Assembly (NCBI GenBank): GCA_963806855.1
Contig: CAWDYW010000001.1
Span: 768,001-832,000 of the forward strand
Length of the DNA: 64,000 bases
Direction of reading: 5' to 3'
Source: an uncultured Verrucomicrobiae bacterium
GTDB taxonomy: Bacteria > Chlamydiota > Chlamydiia > Chlamydiales > Rhabdochlamydiaceae
The position numbers were made by a program, and so were the translations under genes. Position 1 is the stretch's first letter. Every line of letters starts with the position of its first letter. Below are positions 1 to 9,990 of this stretch, piece after piece. The notes beneath the pieces were generated by a model. That model did no database searches. It was not told the origin of the DNA and saw nothing but the letters and a program-made list of their open reading frames with translations.

Positions 1-19
1 TATTGGAGATTAATAAAAA

Positions 20-682
20 ATGAGAAAATTATTGTTGCTCATCTTACTACAAGTGTCGATCTTTGCGAATGAGTGCTACATCCAAGATGAAGCCAAACAT
101 AAGCAGAATCAACAACTCCTTGAGAAGATCATCGATGAGGAGCTCGCAACTTCTAAGAAGCTCAGTGAGAGAATTAATCAAATCGGCACCCGCTTGCTCC
201 AGAGCGGATTTCATGCCGATGCCTATGCCGTGCCCAAATTGGATCAACATTCAGTCGTCGCTTTTAATTGCTTTACCTTATGGGAAGGGAAAAGCCGTTC
301 TATTCCTCTCACCTTTTTCGTCTATATTTGGCCCTCAGAAGAATATGCGCTAAAACACCTCCCCGCAGTTTACGCATCGAATATCCATAGCCACCCGATC
401 CCTTGTGCCTTTACTGTTCTGCAAGGGGCCATCACTCAAAGCAATTATGAGCCGGTCGCCGCGCACTCAAAAGTCGTCCGATTGATCGATCAGCAAACAT
501 TTGCAGTGGGGACAGGGGAGATCGACGATTCAGAGTCTCTCTTTATCCATCAATTGAGCAACCAGGGCGCCAAGACCTGCCTTACCCTCCATGCTTATGG
601 GGAAGGGTCAGCGAAAAAAGTGATGGAGACCTTTCGAGAGACCGGCCCAGAGCACACTTATCACACCCCTATTGGTAAATAA
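20..682 (+). CDS. Cysteine dioxygenase type I-like cupin protein with N-terminal signal peptide
   Basis: SNIHSH...LQG...HQLSN...LHAY pattern (3-His cupin); MRKLLLLILLQVSIFA signal peptide. Confidence 0.65.
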   Translation: MRKLLLLILLQVSIFANECYIQDEAKHKQNQQLLEKIIDEELATSKKLSERINQIGTRLLQSGFHADAYAVPKLDQHSVVAFNCFTLWEGKSRSIPLTFFVYIWPSEEYALKHLPAVYASNIHSHPIPCAFTVLQGAITQSNYEPVAAHSKVVRLIDQQTFAVGTGEIDDSESLFIHQLSNQGAKTCLTLHAYGEGSAKKVMETFRETGPEHTYHTPIGK

Positions 683-693
683 AAATTTTAATA

Positions 694-722
694 TTGACAT
701 TAATATTTATAATTGATATACT
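694..722 (+). promoter_or_regulatory. Sigma70/sigma66-type promoter for the 754 gene
   Basis: TTGACA (694-699)-N17-TATACT (717-722). Confidence 0.65.
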
Positions 723-753
723 TTGAGTGTGTTAATAAACAAATGGAATAATA

Positions 754-1542
754 ATGTCAGTAATGCAAAATGTTCAACCAACAACTAGTTTATGGAATAC
801 CTATCCAGCCACACTAATCAAACAAGTAGCGATTGGAGCAGCTGCTGGATGCATACACTTTTTTTCTGCGATCCATATTATTATTCCAACATGTGAGTCA
901 AGCACAAGTGAATTGAGTCAATATATTTGCCTACGATCCGCAAAGTTTTTTGAAATTAAAAATTTAAAATTGTTTATAAATCCTATTTTCGATTTAAAAG
1001 ATTCGATTGCAAAGATTGTAAAACCTATTATTCCAGACGTTGTTAGACTCTATGCGGAAAATTGCGAATTACCAGATGATATATTAAGGCTTAATATTCC
1101 GTTCTCTAAATTAAACAATATAATAAATAAGCAAAACTCATTTAATATCGCATGTTGCAATCAATATAAGCAAAGTTCTAATTTGATTGCGAGTGCATTT
1201 GCAGAGGAGTTAATTTTCCGATTCGGCATTCAAAAAATAGCACTTCTATCTTTAGCCAAATTTCTTCCTGAAAGGATTGGAAAATTTCTTTCCCATCCGG
1301 TCTCTCGAATCATCATCGCATCATCAATTTTCGCATTTGCCCATAAAAATGATTTCCTATTACAACAATTTCTTGGCGGTTTGATTGACGGTTTCCTCTT
1401 TGAAAAATATGGGCTGTTGGCGTCAACAATTTCTCATGCCTCAAATAACCTTGCTGCAGCCTTGGGCAGAAGAAACGATTGCGAGTATGATATTAAAGAA
1501 TGGCATTCTCAAATAAAAAAGGACCTACTGGATCGGTGGTAA
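754..1542 (+). CDS. CPBP (Abi/CAAX Rce1-like) intramembrane glutamic protease
   Basis: Motifs AEELIFR, FAFAH and HASNN with hydrophobic segments. Confidence 0.75.
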   Translation: MSVMQNVQPTTSLWNTYPATLIKQVAIGAAAGCIHFFSAIHIIIPTCESSTSELSQYICLRSAKFFEIKNLKLFINPIFDLKDSIAKIVKPIIPDVVRLYAENCELPDDILRLNIPFSKLNNIINKQNSFNIACCNQYKQSSNLIASAFAEELIFRFGIQKIALLSLAKFLPERIGKFLSHPVSRIIIASSIFAFAHKNDFLLQQFLGGLIDGFLFEKYGLLASTISHASNNLAAALGRRNDCEYDIKEWHSQIKKDLLDRW

Positions 1543-1786
1543 AGCAGCAGCAATGAAAAGCTCTAGCGTGTGAGTCTTATCCTCGACCGTCCCATTGGGG
1601 AGCAATGTCGGCCAGGAGATGTTAACCTCGACCCCTATCCTCTCAAATGGGGTGTCGAGCAAATGCCAGGGTTCAAGAGAGTTTTCTTCGACATGCGCCA
1701 TGTAACAGATGTGGGTCTTGCCCATCTCTTTGGCCATCTGGACTGCTTTCTGAAAGAGCTGATTGGCAACTGTCCTATTCTGCCGA
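1525..1786 (-). pseudogene. 3' remnant of a homologue of the 3229-3852 GNAT-like gene
   Basis: 1547-1786 aligns with 3237-3476 (KEMGKTHICYMAHVE...ISWPTLLPNG shared); 5' part absent. Confidence 0.85.
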
Positions 1787-1943
1787 TTCAGCGTCACCCT
1801 TCATCCATCAATTGAGCAACCAGGTCGCCAAGACCTGCCTTTCCCTCCATGCTTATGGTGAAGAGTCAGAGAAAAAAGTGATGGAAACTTTTCGAGCGAC
1901 TAGCCTAGAGAACACTTATCAACAACATGGGACAAGTCGTTAG
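1784..1943 (+). pseudogene. 3' remnant of a homologue of the 20-682 cysteine dioxygenase-like gene
   Basis: FIHQLSNQVAKTCLSLHAYGEESEKKVMETFR matches FIHQLSNQGAKTCLTLHAYGEGSAKKVMETFR; 5' part absent. Confidence 0.85.
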
Positions 1944-1977
1944 CCTTTGATTGTCAAATGGTTGCAGCTGACTATTG

Positions 1978-2022
1978 ATTTTACTCAACGCATTGAGTAA
2001 AATTACTCAATAGAGTGAGTAA
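1978..2022. promoter_or_regulatory. Tandem palindromic operator-like sites TTACTCA-N6-TGAGTAA x2
   Basis: 1981-2000 and 2003-2022, 22-bp period, ending 11 bp before the 2034 ATG. Confidence 0.6.
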
Positions 2023-2033
2023 AATGGATTCTT

Positions 2034-3224
2034 ATGAAAACCCGCCCCATTTTTAAAGAGCTGATCAATCGACTTCAAGAGCCGCGAAAGTTCATTCAAG
2101 TCTTGCTCGGTCCACGCCAAGTTGGAAAGACAACTTTAGCCATCCAAGTTGCAGAAGAGATTGGAAAACCCAGTCATTATATTTCAGCAGACTTAGCTAC
2201 ACTTCAAGACCTAGCTTGGATTAAAGAGCAATGGGAAGTAGCAAGGCAAAAAGTCGATCCTCAAAAGGGAGCTCTTTTGATTATCGATGAGGTGCAAAAA
2301 ATTCCTCATTGGTCAGATCTCATTAAAGCGCTTTGGGATCAAGATACACGCGACAAAGTCAATCTCTCGGTGATGATTTTGGGGTCTTCTCCTTGGTTAA
2401 TGCAGAAGGGGATGTCCGAAAGTTTAGCTGGCCGTTTTGAAATGATCCCCATTACACATTGGTCCTATGCGGAAATGAAACAGTCCTTTGGATGGTCATT
2501 AGATGAATATATTTACTTCGGTGGTTATCCTGGTGCAGCGATTCTCGCAGATAAGGAAGATCCTTTGCGCTGGAAGAACTATATTAACGATTCGTTGATT
2601 GAAATGACTCTTTCGCGTGATATTTTGCTAATGACTCAAGTTAATAAACCCGTACTACTACGTCGGTTATTTCAGCTCGGCAGTCTTTATTCGGGACAAA
2701 TTCTCTCATTTTCCAAAATTCTTGGTGAATTACAAGATGCTGGGAATACCACTACCCTAGCACACTATCTTGACTTGCTTTCCGGCGCCAGCCTACTTAC
2801 AGGCCTTCAGAAATTTGCGCCGCAACCAGTTCGTCAAAAAGGTTCAAGTCCAAAATTTTGTGTTTTCAATACTGCTTTGATGGCGGCCCAATCGATGAAA
2901 TCTTTTATGCAGGCAAAAGCAGATCATGTATTTTGGGGACGGTTGGTTGAGTCAACTGTAGGTGCCTATTTATTAAATGCCGTTAGAGGGACTCATATTG
3001 AAATTTTTTACTGGCGTGAAAGGAATAAGGAGGTCGATTTTGTGCTGCGCTATGAAAATGAACTTATTGCCATTGAAGTAAAGAGTAACAATGATTCATT
3101 TAAAGATTCAGGAATTGATAGTTTTGTTGATCACTACAATCCGAAAAAAATTCTCCTGATCGGAAATTCTGGTATTCCCCTCGATCAGTTTTTAACAACC
3201 CCCATTATCAACTTATTTAAATAA
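2034..3224 (+). CDS. AAA_14 ATPase with C-terminal DUF4143 / PD-(D/E)xK-like domain
   Basis: Walker A GPRQVGKT, Walker B LIIDEVQ, ESLAGR, GGYP, C-terminal EVDFV...IEVK. Confidence 0.85.
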   Translation: MKTRPIFKELINRLQEPRKFIQVLLGPRQVGKTTLAIQVAEEIGKPSHYISADLATLQDLAWIKEQWEVARQKVDPQKGALLIIDEVQKIPHWSDLIKALWDQDTRDKVNLSVMILGSSPWLMQKGMSESLAGRFEMIPITHWSYAEMKQSFGWSLDEYIYFGGYPGAAILADKEDPLRWKNYINDSLIEMTLSRDILLMTQVNKPVLLRRLFQLGSLYSGQILSFSKILGELQDAGNTTTLAHYLDLLSGASLLTGLQKFAPQPVRQKGSSPKFCVFNTALMAAQSMKSFMQAKADHVFWGRLVESTVGAYLLNAVRGTHIEIFYWRERNKEVDFVLRYENELIAIEVKSNNDSFKDSGIDSFVDHYNPKKILLIGNSGIPLDQFLTTPIINLFK

Positions 3225-3228
3225 GAAA

Positions 3229-3852
3229 TCAGATTTCAGCAATGAAAAGCTCTAGCGTGTGAATCTTATCCTCGATCATCCCATTCGGGAGGAGTGTAGG
3301 CCAGGAGATGTTAACCTCGATTCCAATCTTCTCAAATGGGGCATCGAGTAAATACCAGGGTTCAAGAGTGTTTTGTTCGACATGCGCCATGTAACAGATG
3401 TGGGTCTTACCCATCTCTTTGGCCTTCTCGACCGCATGTGCAAAGAGCTGATTGGCAACCGCCCGATTCTGTCGATCGTCCATCAAAAAACAGCTGACGT
3501 AGAGAACTTTTCCAAGGTCGAATCCTTTCTGCTGAATTTGATCTAGCGCATCAACTGGAGCGTAGGTATTTGCTGCCAGCAGGGGAGAGTCGAGTGCATT
3601 TGCAGAGAGGTGGGCGATCTTTTTGCCATTTTGCTCAGCAATGAGGACAAATGCAGTGGGGTCTACCTCAAACATGGTGTTATAGTCGGTTTCCTCATCG
3701 TAGACGTAGAAATAGGGATATTCTCGGTAAGCGCGGATCGCCCAGTCGTCGAGCAGAGCGCGCACCTCTTTCACATTATCATTTTTGTAACATTCAATTG
3801 TGGTCATTTCGGCATTCCAACAGCTCAAGCATAATAATAGTTTAGCAAACAT
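3229..3852 (-). CDS. GNAT-fold-like hypothetical protein with signal peptide
   Basis: 207-aa ORF; YREYPYFY and QNRAVANQLF...AKEMG resemble a degenerate GNAT acetyl-CoA motif. Confidence 0.5.
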   Translation of the reverse strand: MFAKLLLCLSCWNAEMTTIECYKNDNVKEVRALLDDWAIRAYREYPYFYVYDEETDYNTMFEVDPTAFVLIAEQNGKKIAHLSANALDSPLLAANTYAPVDALDQIQQKGFDLGKVLYVSCFLMDDRQNRAVANQLFAHAVEKAKEMGKTHICYMAHVEQNTLEPWYLLDAPFEKIGIEVNISWPTLLPNGMIEDKIHTLELFIAEI

Positions 3853-3937
3853 GTACTCCAGTATATTGAAGTGGGACCTTTTTGTTCCAAAAAAATCCTT
3901 TCAAACTTATGCTAAAATAATATAGCAAGGAGCCAGA

Positions 3938-4780
3938 ATGCCATTTATTACTGTCGGGAAAGAGAATAAACATGAGATCCAACTTTATTACAAAGATTGG
4001 GGGACGGGGCAACCGATTGTCTTTAGTCATGGATGGCCCTTGGATGCAGATGCTTGGGAAGACCAGATGCTCTTTTTGGCTTCAAAGGGGTTTCGGTGCA
4101 TTGCGCATGACCGGCGTGGACATGGGAAGTCGAGTCAGACGTGGGATGGAAATGAGATGGATACCTATGCCGATGACCTTGCCAAATTGGTCGAAGCACT
4201 CAACTTAAAAGAGGCGATCCACGTTGGCCACTCTACGGGAGGTGGCGAGGTGGTTCGTTATTTGAGTCGCCATGGAGAAAAACGGGTCGCCAAAGCGGTA
4301 TTGATTGGCGCCGTTCCTCCTTTGATGCTGCAAACTAAAGCCTATCCCAAAGGGCTGAAAATCGAGGTGTTTGACCAAATACGGGCCAATGTTCTGGCCG
4401 ATCGATCGCAATTTTTTAAAGATCTCAGCGGTCCTTTCTATGGAGCGAACCGAGCGGGTGCGAAGGTTTCGCAAGGGTTGCGCGATTCCTTCTGGCTGCA
4501 GGGGATGCAAGCAGGATTTAAAGCGGTCTACGACTGTATCAAAGCCTTCTCAGAGACCGACTTTACAAAAGATCTGAAGAAAATTACCGTCCCCACTCTC
4601 ATTCTGCATGGGGATGATGACCAAATTGTGCCAATTGAAAACTCTGCTCTTCTATCGGCGAAGCTCCTCAAAAATGCCCAGCTAATAGTCTATAAGGGAG
4701 CGCCGCACGGGATGTGCTCGACCCTCAAAGATAAAGTGAATCAGGATCTTTTAGCATTTATCCAGGGGAAGAGAAAGTGA
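3938..4780 (+). CDS. cpo: Non-heme haloperoxidase-type alpha/beta hydrolase
   Basis: FSHGWP, HDRRGHG, GHSTGG nucleophile elbow, [14 protein letters not shown]. Confidence 0.88.
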   Translation: MPFITVGKENKHEIQLYYKDWGTGQPIVFSHGWPLDADAWEDQMLFLASKGFRCIAHDRRGHGKSSQTWDGNEMDTYADDLAKLVEALNLKEAIHVGHSTGGGEVVRYLSRHGEKRVAKAVLIGAVPPLMLQTKAYPKGLKIEVFDQIRANVLADRSQFFKDLSGPFYGANRAGAKVSQGLRDSFWLQGMQAGFKAVYDCIKAFSETDFTKDLKKITVPTLILHGDDDQIVPIENSALLSAKLLKNAQLIVYKGAPHGMCSTLKDKVNQDLLAFIQGKRK

Positions 4781-5508
4781 AAAAACTTGAAGGAAAAGTG
4801 GCCTTTGTGACCGGAGGAAGCCGGGGGATCGGAGCGGCAATTGTGCGCCATTTAGCAGGTGAAGGGGCTCGTGTTGCCTTTACCTATTCCAGTTCGAAAG
4901 AAAAGGCTGAAGAGGTGGTCAAGAAGGCAGGGGGGAAAGTGCTTGCCCTACACGCCGATAGCGCCAATCCAAGCGATATTGTGAAGGCGATCCAGCGAGT
5001 TGTCAAGGAGCTTGGCCCCATTGATATTCTGGTCAATAACGCTGGCATCGGTAAATGGAGTCCGATTGACACATTTACACTTGCCGATTTTGATGAAATG
5101 TTTGCAGTCAATGTCAGGGCAGTGTTTGTAGCGATCCAAGAGGCGGCCAGAGAGATGAAAAAAGGGGGGCGCATTATCAATATCGGTAGCAGCAATGCGG
5201 TGCGTGTCCCTACTCAAAATTCGGCTGTCTATAGTATGACAAAGTCTGCTCTCATTGGGTTGGTCAAAGGGCTGTCACATGATCTTGGTGAAAGGGAAAT
5301 CACAATCAATAATATTGATCCTGGCCCTATCGACACAGATATGAATCCCGCTACAGGCGAACATGCAGAGACAGTAAAAGCCTTTTTGGCCCTTCCTCGT
5401 TATGGGACAGTCGATGAAGTTGCCGGTCTCGTTGTCTACTTGGCCAGTCCAGAAGCTGGTTATATCACAGGGACAAACATTGCCATCGATGGTGGCTTTA
5501 CAGCTTAA
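4777..5508 (+). CDS. Short-chain dehydrogenase/reductase (BdcA/FabG-like)
   Basis: [23 protein letters not shown]. Confidence 0.9.
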   Translation: MKKLEGKVAFVTGGSRGIGAAIVRHLAGEGARVAFTYSSSKEKAEEVVKKAGGKVLALHADSANPSDIVKAIQRVVKELGPIDILVNNAGIGKWSPIDTFTLADFDEMFAVNVRAVFVAIQEAAREMKKGGRIINIGSSNAVRVPTQNSAVYSMTKSALIGLVKGLSHDLGEREITINNIDPGPIDTDMNPATGEHAETVKAFLALPRYGTVDEVAGLVVYLASPEAGYITGTNIAIDGGFTA

Positions 5509-5557
5509 TGCTTTTTTCCTACACTCTTGCCCGCGAAAAAAATCAAAGGACCCTCCC

Positions 5558-6829
5558 ATGTCAAGAATTCAGCCAGATATCCGCCAACCTGCCATCACGC
5601 CTGACCTAAATGATGTGCAAAATCGCCTCAAAATCCACGTGCCCACAATCCTTACAAGAGATTTAGCTGCCGGGGTGGTCGCGGCTCTATTTGCAGGGGC
5701 AATGATCCGGCTAACTTCGGCTGATCGCTTCATCTATTCACTCCCTGCTGTCGCCTTAGCGAGCGTTCTAGGATGGAATCATTTTGAGACCAAGAGGGCA
5801 GAGACTGCGCTGATAAAGCGGGCGGCTCAATTGTTTGTTGCTCCAGGGCCTGTTCCTGAAGATGTTAAAGATTATATTGAGTTTCATCCTGGGGTTTGGG
5901 AGGAAGTTTCTAGATCAAAGGGGCAACCTGAGGTGGCGGCCAAATTAAAAGATTACTTCATTCAGGCTCTTAAAGAAAAGCGCTTGGACACAGCCGAATT
6001 TTTATTGGAAAAAAAATTTGTGAAATTCATAGATGTCATGGAGAACGATTTAAGGGGGCAAAGTAAAACAACAGTATCAAAATGGCTTTTTTCCTATCTC
6101 TCTTTAAAAGATTTTGACAACCATAAAAAAGGGGCGATGGTGCCCGAATTATGGAGAGTCATTTACGAGGAAAAAGAGAATGTAACGGATTCCCCGCTTT
6201 TTAAAGAATTGCTTGAGGAACTATTGACAATGGACTTAGCAAAGAGGCTCTCCATTATTCTTCAGCTCATAAAAAATGGACATACAATCATCCTAGAGAT
6301 CCTTCGAGATCGTGGCTTCCAATTCGAAGAGTTTTTTATTGCTAGCTGCCCCGAAAATGTAATTGAGCAAATAGATAAAAAGACGTTACTGGCACTCTCA
6401 AACTATCTAAAACCCGATCAGGCAATTGCATTTAAATTGTGGGGGAAGATTTGCAGTCTTAATTTCATTAATGAGGATCTTTACCAATTGTATTCTCAAT
6501 CGACCCCTGCCGACCGACCCGATCTTGTCGTGTGGGACCTCAATAAGGCCTTAGAGGGTGGATGTTCAAAAGTGATTGAATTTTTTCTGGAGAACAAAAA
6601 AATTAAAGTCACAGATCAAATGGCGCACTATTGGTGGGTGAATGTTAGACATCAAGAAATGATGTGGCTTCTAATAAGTTATCCGATCAACCCCAATGCG
6701 AAAAATGGCCAGGGGGAGACTCCTCTAATGACAATAAACAAAGGCGAGAGTCCATCTTATATGAGAACTCTTTCAAGGAAGGATCATCATGAATATCTCC
6801 AGAGCCAGGCAGCATTGCAGATAAAGTAG
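5558..6829 (+). CDS. Hypothetical protein with Inc-like bilobed hydrophobic segment and C-terminal ankyrin-like motif
   Basis: Start moved to ATG 5558 after AAGGA; hydrophobic hairpin LAAGVVAALFAGAM...LPAVALASVLGW; PNAKNGQGETPL. Confidence 0.5.
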   Translation: MSRIQPDIRQPAITPDLNDVQNRLKIHVPTILTRDLAAGVVAALFAGAMIRLTSADRFIYSLPAVALASVLGWNHFETKRAETALIKRAAQLFVAPGPVPEDVKDYIEFHPGVWEEVSRSKGQPEVAAKLKDYFIQALKEKRLDTAEFLLEKKFVKFIDVMENDLRGQSKTTVSKWLFSYLSLKDFDNHKKGAMVPELWRVIYEEKENVTDSPLFKELLEELLTMDLAKRLSIILQLIKNGHTIILEILRDRGFQFEEFFIASCPENVIEQIDKKTLLALSNYLKPDQAIAFKLWGKICSLNFINEDLYQLYSQSTPADRPDLVVWDLNKALEGGCSKVIEFFLENKKIKVTDQMAHYWWVNVRHQEMMWLLISYPINPNAKNGQGETPLMTINKGESPSYMRTLSRKDHHEYLQSQAALQIK

Positions 6830-6852
6830 GCCTATAGTAACATCATTTCCAT

Positions 6853-6873
6853 CACCAGGGGTGCTAGTGAGAG
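6853..6873 (+). other. Possible 5' vestige of a TPP riboswitch
   Basis: CACCAGGGGTGC..TGAGAG immediately before thiM; 3' half of the aptamer is missing. Confidence 0.4.
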
Positions 6874-6877
6874 TGAA

Positions 6878-7684
6878 ATGCAGATAGATCCACTAGGTGT
6901 CTGGGAAGATCTCCAGGCAATCAAAAATTCTTCTCCACTTGTCCACAATATCACCAACTATGTGGTGATGGAAAGTACTGCCAATGCCCTTTTGGCTATC
7001 GGCGCCTCTCCTGTCATGGCCCATGCGCTCGATGAGGTCGAGGAGATGGTCGGGATCGCAAATAGCCTTGTCATCAACATCGGCACGTTGAGCCCTATGT
7101 GGATCAAAGCTATGCTTCACGCCATCAAGGCAGCAAAAGAGAAGGGGATCCCCATTGTGCTCGATCCTGTTGGCGCAGGAGCTACGTCCTATCGCACAGA
7201 AACGTCTCATGCACTATTGAATCACCATGGTGTGTCGGTGATCCGCGGCAATGCATCCGAAATCTCCTCCCTCTGTGGCACTCATGGGGGAACAAAGGGG
7301 GTCGACAGCCTCCTATGCCCGGTAGATTGTGAGCCGCAGGCAAGAATATTGGCCGATAAAAGCGGGGCTGTGGTTTGGATGAGTGGCGCGACCGATGTCG
7401 TGACTGATGGCCACACGGTCATTTTCGTCGAAAACGGACATCCGCTGATGACTAGAGTCACCGGAATGGGGTGCGCAGCATCGGCGCTGACAGGGGCTTT
7501 TTTAGCGATAAATCCTGATACACTGCTCGGCACGGCTCATGCTGCCTTTGTCATGGGGATTGCGGGGGAAATTGCCGCTGAAAAGTGTCGAGGGCCAGGA
7601 TCGTTTAAAGTGGAATTTCTCGATGCTCTCTATTCTCTTTCTTTGAGCGCAATAGAGGAGCGAATCCGTGAAATGTCTCACTGA
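6878..7684 (+). CDS. thiM: Hydroxyethylthiazole kinase
   Basis: PLVHNITNYV, GASPVMA, LDPVGAGA, RGNASEI, VTGMGC. Confidence 0.95.
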   Translation: MQIDPLGVWEDLQAIKNSSPLVHNITNYVVMESTANALLAIGASPVMAHALDEVEEMVGIANSLVINIGTLSPMWIKAMLHAIKAAKEKGIPIVLDPVGAGATSYRTETSHALLNHHGVSVIRGNASEISSLCGTHGGTKGVDSLLCPVDCEPQARILADKSGAVVWMSGATDVVTDGHTVIFVENGHPLMTRVTGMGCAASALTGAFLAINPDTLLGTAHAAFVMGIAGEIAAEKCRGPGSFKVEFLDALYSLSLSAIEERIREMSH

Positions 7685-8294
7685 CTTTTCCCTCTATTTA
7701 GTCACTCATCGGGCAGGATTGACGTTCGAAGAGTTCTTCAGTCGCGTTAGACAGGCGGTTGCGGGCGGTGTCAAAATCGTTCAACTGCGTGAAAAAGAGA
7801 GTTCGGCTCGCGAGATGATCTCAATCGGAACAGAGCTCCTTTCTATCTTAAGGCCTCTAGGGATTCCCCTGATCATCAATGACCGGGTGGATGTGGCCCA
7901 TGTTTTGGGGGCTGATGGGGTACACTTAGGACAGTCCGATCTCCGGGTATCAGAGGCAAGAGCCATTCTCGGCAAGGGGGCGATCATCGGCCTTTCGGTC
8001 GAAACCCTCGAGCAGGCCGCAGAGGCTGCAGAAGAAGAGGTCGATTACTTGGCTGCGAGTCCCGTTTTGCAAAATCGAACTAAAACCGACTGCGCGCCTC
8101 CCTGGGGACTCGATGGCTTGAAGCAGCTCTGCGCTGTTTCTCGACATCCAATCGTTGCGATCGGCGGCGTGAACGAAAAGACTGCCAAACAAATGGTCGA
8201 ATCTGGCGCCGCGGGACTCGCCGTGGTGTCAGCCATCTTCAATGCTCCCTGTCCCAAAACGGCAGCCCAAGGAATCCTGGGGAGTATAAAATGA
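7668..8294 (+). CDS. thiE: Thiamine-phosphate synthase
   Basis: VQLREK, IINDRVDVA, GVHLGQSD, VAIGG, AVVSAI. Confidence 0.95.
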   Translation: MKCLTDFSLYLVTHRAGLTFEEFFSRVRQAVAGGVKIVQLREKESSAREMISIGTELLSILRPLGIPLIINDRVDVAHVLGADGVHLGQSDLRVSEARAILGKGAIIGLSVETLEQAAEAAEEEVDYLAASPVLQNRTKTDCAPPWGLDGLKQLCAVSRHPIVAIGGVNEKTAKQMVESGAAGLAVVSAIFNAPCPKTAAQGILGSIK

Positions 8295-9115
8295 AAAAAG
8301 TGCTGACAATTGCAGGATTTGATGGAAGTGGGGGAGCGGGGATTCAAGCTGACCTCAAGACCTTTTCTGCTCTTGGTTGCTATGCGACCACAGTTTTAAC
8401 CGCACTCCCTGTGCAAAATACGATGGGCGTCAGGTCGATTTACTCTATTGAAACGGCCTGTGTTGAAGAACAGATTAGGGCCATCTTAGAGGATATGTCG
8501 ATCGATGCGATCAAAATCGGCATGTTGCATCGAGAAGATATTATAGAAGCGGTTGCCAATCTCCTCGCCGATTATCAAGGGCCAATTGTTCTCGATCCGG
8601 TGATGGTGGCCAAAAGCGGGGATAAGCTATTGTTGCCAAAGGCAATTTCGGCTCTTAAAGCCCGACTAATTCCCCTCGCGATGATCATCACCCCCAATCT
8701 ATTAGAGGCCTCCGAGCTACTTGGTCGCGAAATTCAAGATAAATCTCAAATGGAAAAAGCTGCTCGCGATTTGATTAAAATGGGACCGCAAGCAGTCGTT
8801 GTCAAAGGGGGCCATTTAGAGGGCGACTCTGCCGACTGTCTCTGCACCTCCTCCACCATCCATTGGTTTTCAGCGCCCAGGATTTCGACGCCCAATACCC
8901 ATGGAACTGGATGCACCTTTTCGGCCGCGATTGCAGCCCTCCTCGCCCAGGGATTTAGCCTCGTAGATGCTGTGCACGACGCGAAAGAGTATCTCACCGG
9001 GGCGCTGCAAGCTGGAGCCGAGCTTAAAATCGGCCGTGGGCACGGTCCAGTTCACCATTTCTATCAACTATGGAGTCAAAATGACATTCTCAAAGTCTCT
9101 GTGGCAAGCAAATGA
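8291..9115 (+). CDS. thiD: Hydroxymethylpyrimidine/phosphomethylpyrimidine kinase
   Basis: LTIAGFDGSGGAGIQADLK, DPVMVAKSG, HGTGCTFSAA, GPVHH. Confidence 0.95.
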   Translation: MKKVLTIAGFDGSGGAGIQADLKTFSALGCYATTVLTALPVQNTMGVRSIYSIETACVEEQIRAILEDMSIDAIKIGMLHREDIIEAVANLLADYQGPIVLDPVMVAKSGDKLLLPKAISALKARLIPLAMIITPNLLEASELLGREIQDKSQMEKAARDLIKMGPQAVVVKGGHLEGDSADCLCTSSTIHWFSAPRISTPNTHGTGCTFSAAIAALLAQGFSLVDAVHDAKEYLTGALQAGAELKIGRGHGPVHHFYQLWSQNDILKVSVASK

Positions 9116-9758
9116 GCAAACCTATCACAGCATCGTCAAGCATCCCTTTAATGTCGAATTAATGGAGGGGACACTCGATGAAAATCGCTTTCATTTTTAC
9201 TTGGAGCAGGATGCCCATTATTTAATCCAGTTTTCTAAGAGCTTGGCATTCATCGCAGCCCGAGCAACCTCAACGAAGATCATCGAGCAGTTTTTAAATT
9301 GCTCTTTAGGAGTTTTAGTCGCGGAACGTCAATTGCACGACAGTTTTTTAAGATCCAATTGCGATCATATTTCCCCCTCTCCCGCCTGTATGGCCTATTG
9401 CCACTACCTCATCGCCATTGCGGCGAGTGGCTCTCTAGAGGAAGCGATTGCCGCGGTCTTGCCCTGCTTTTGGATCTATCGCGAGGTAGGATGCGAGATC
9501 GTCAAACACGCAGTTCCATCAAACCCCTATATGCGCTGGATTGAGACCTATTCTAGCCCGGAATTTTCCGAGGTGACAGATCGTGCGATTTCCCTCTTGG
9601 ATGAATTTGCTGAAGGGAGCTCAGCCGAAACCTTGGAGAGGATGAAGAGAGCATTTGAAAACTCTACCCTCTTTGAGTGGCACTTTTGGAACGATGCCTA
9701 CAACATGATCCTCTTTAGGGATTCTATACCTCTTCCAGTTCATAGCCCCGGGGATTGA
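9081..9758 (+). CDS. tenA: Thiaminase II / aminopyrimidine aminohydrolase
   Basis: HPF...GTL...FYLEQD, LPCFWIY catalytic Cys, YMRWIETY, EWHFW; start at ATG 9081. Confidence 0.9.
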   Translation: MTFSKSLWQANEQTYHSIVKHPFNVELMEGTLDENRFHFYLEQDAHYLIQFSKSLAFIAARATSTKIIEQFLNCSLGVLVAERQLHDSFLRSNCDHISPSPACMAYCHYLIAIAASGSLEEAIAAVLPCFWIYREVGCEIVKHAVPSNPYMRWIETYSSPEFSEVTDRAISLLDEFAEGSSAETLERMKRAFENSTLFEWHFWNDAYNMILFRDSIPLPVHSPGD

Positions 9759-9760
9759 AT

Positions 9761-9927
9761 TATACCCCGACTCGCTCAAAAGTGTGAATTTGGACCCACG
9801 CGAAAGCTCTCGCGGTTCAGCTGTTTTTCCGAGGGTAGTATCGAATATATACAACCCTCGGAAAAACAGTTGAACCCCGAGGCTTTGGCGCGGTCCAAAT
9901 TCACACTTTTGGGCGAGTCGGGGTATA
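9761..9927. mobile_element. Long palindromic MITE-like element (TATACC family, full length 167 bp)
   Basis: TATACCCCGACTCGCTCAAAAGTGTGAATTTGGACC...GGTCCAAATTCACACTTTTGGGCGAGTCGGGGTATA with nested inner arms. Confidence 0.85.
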
Positions 9928-9990
9928 TTTTTCTGAAGCTTCTATTGATTTTAATGATAAGAACCAAAAAAAGAGAATGTGGAAGTGGGT

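Noticed and set aside
5402..5557. N-terminal extensions of ORFs at 5402, 8967, 27330 and 53248
   Set aside because: They overlap upstream genes; downstream ATGs (5558, 9081, 27396, 53404) fit better
9761..9927. TATACC palindromes as integron attC sites
   Set aside because: No RYYYAAC/GTTRRRY core ends and no integron integrase in the window; only a functional analogy is kept
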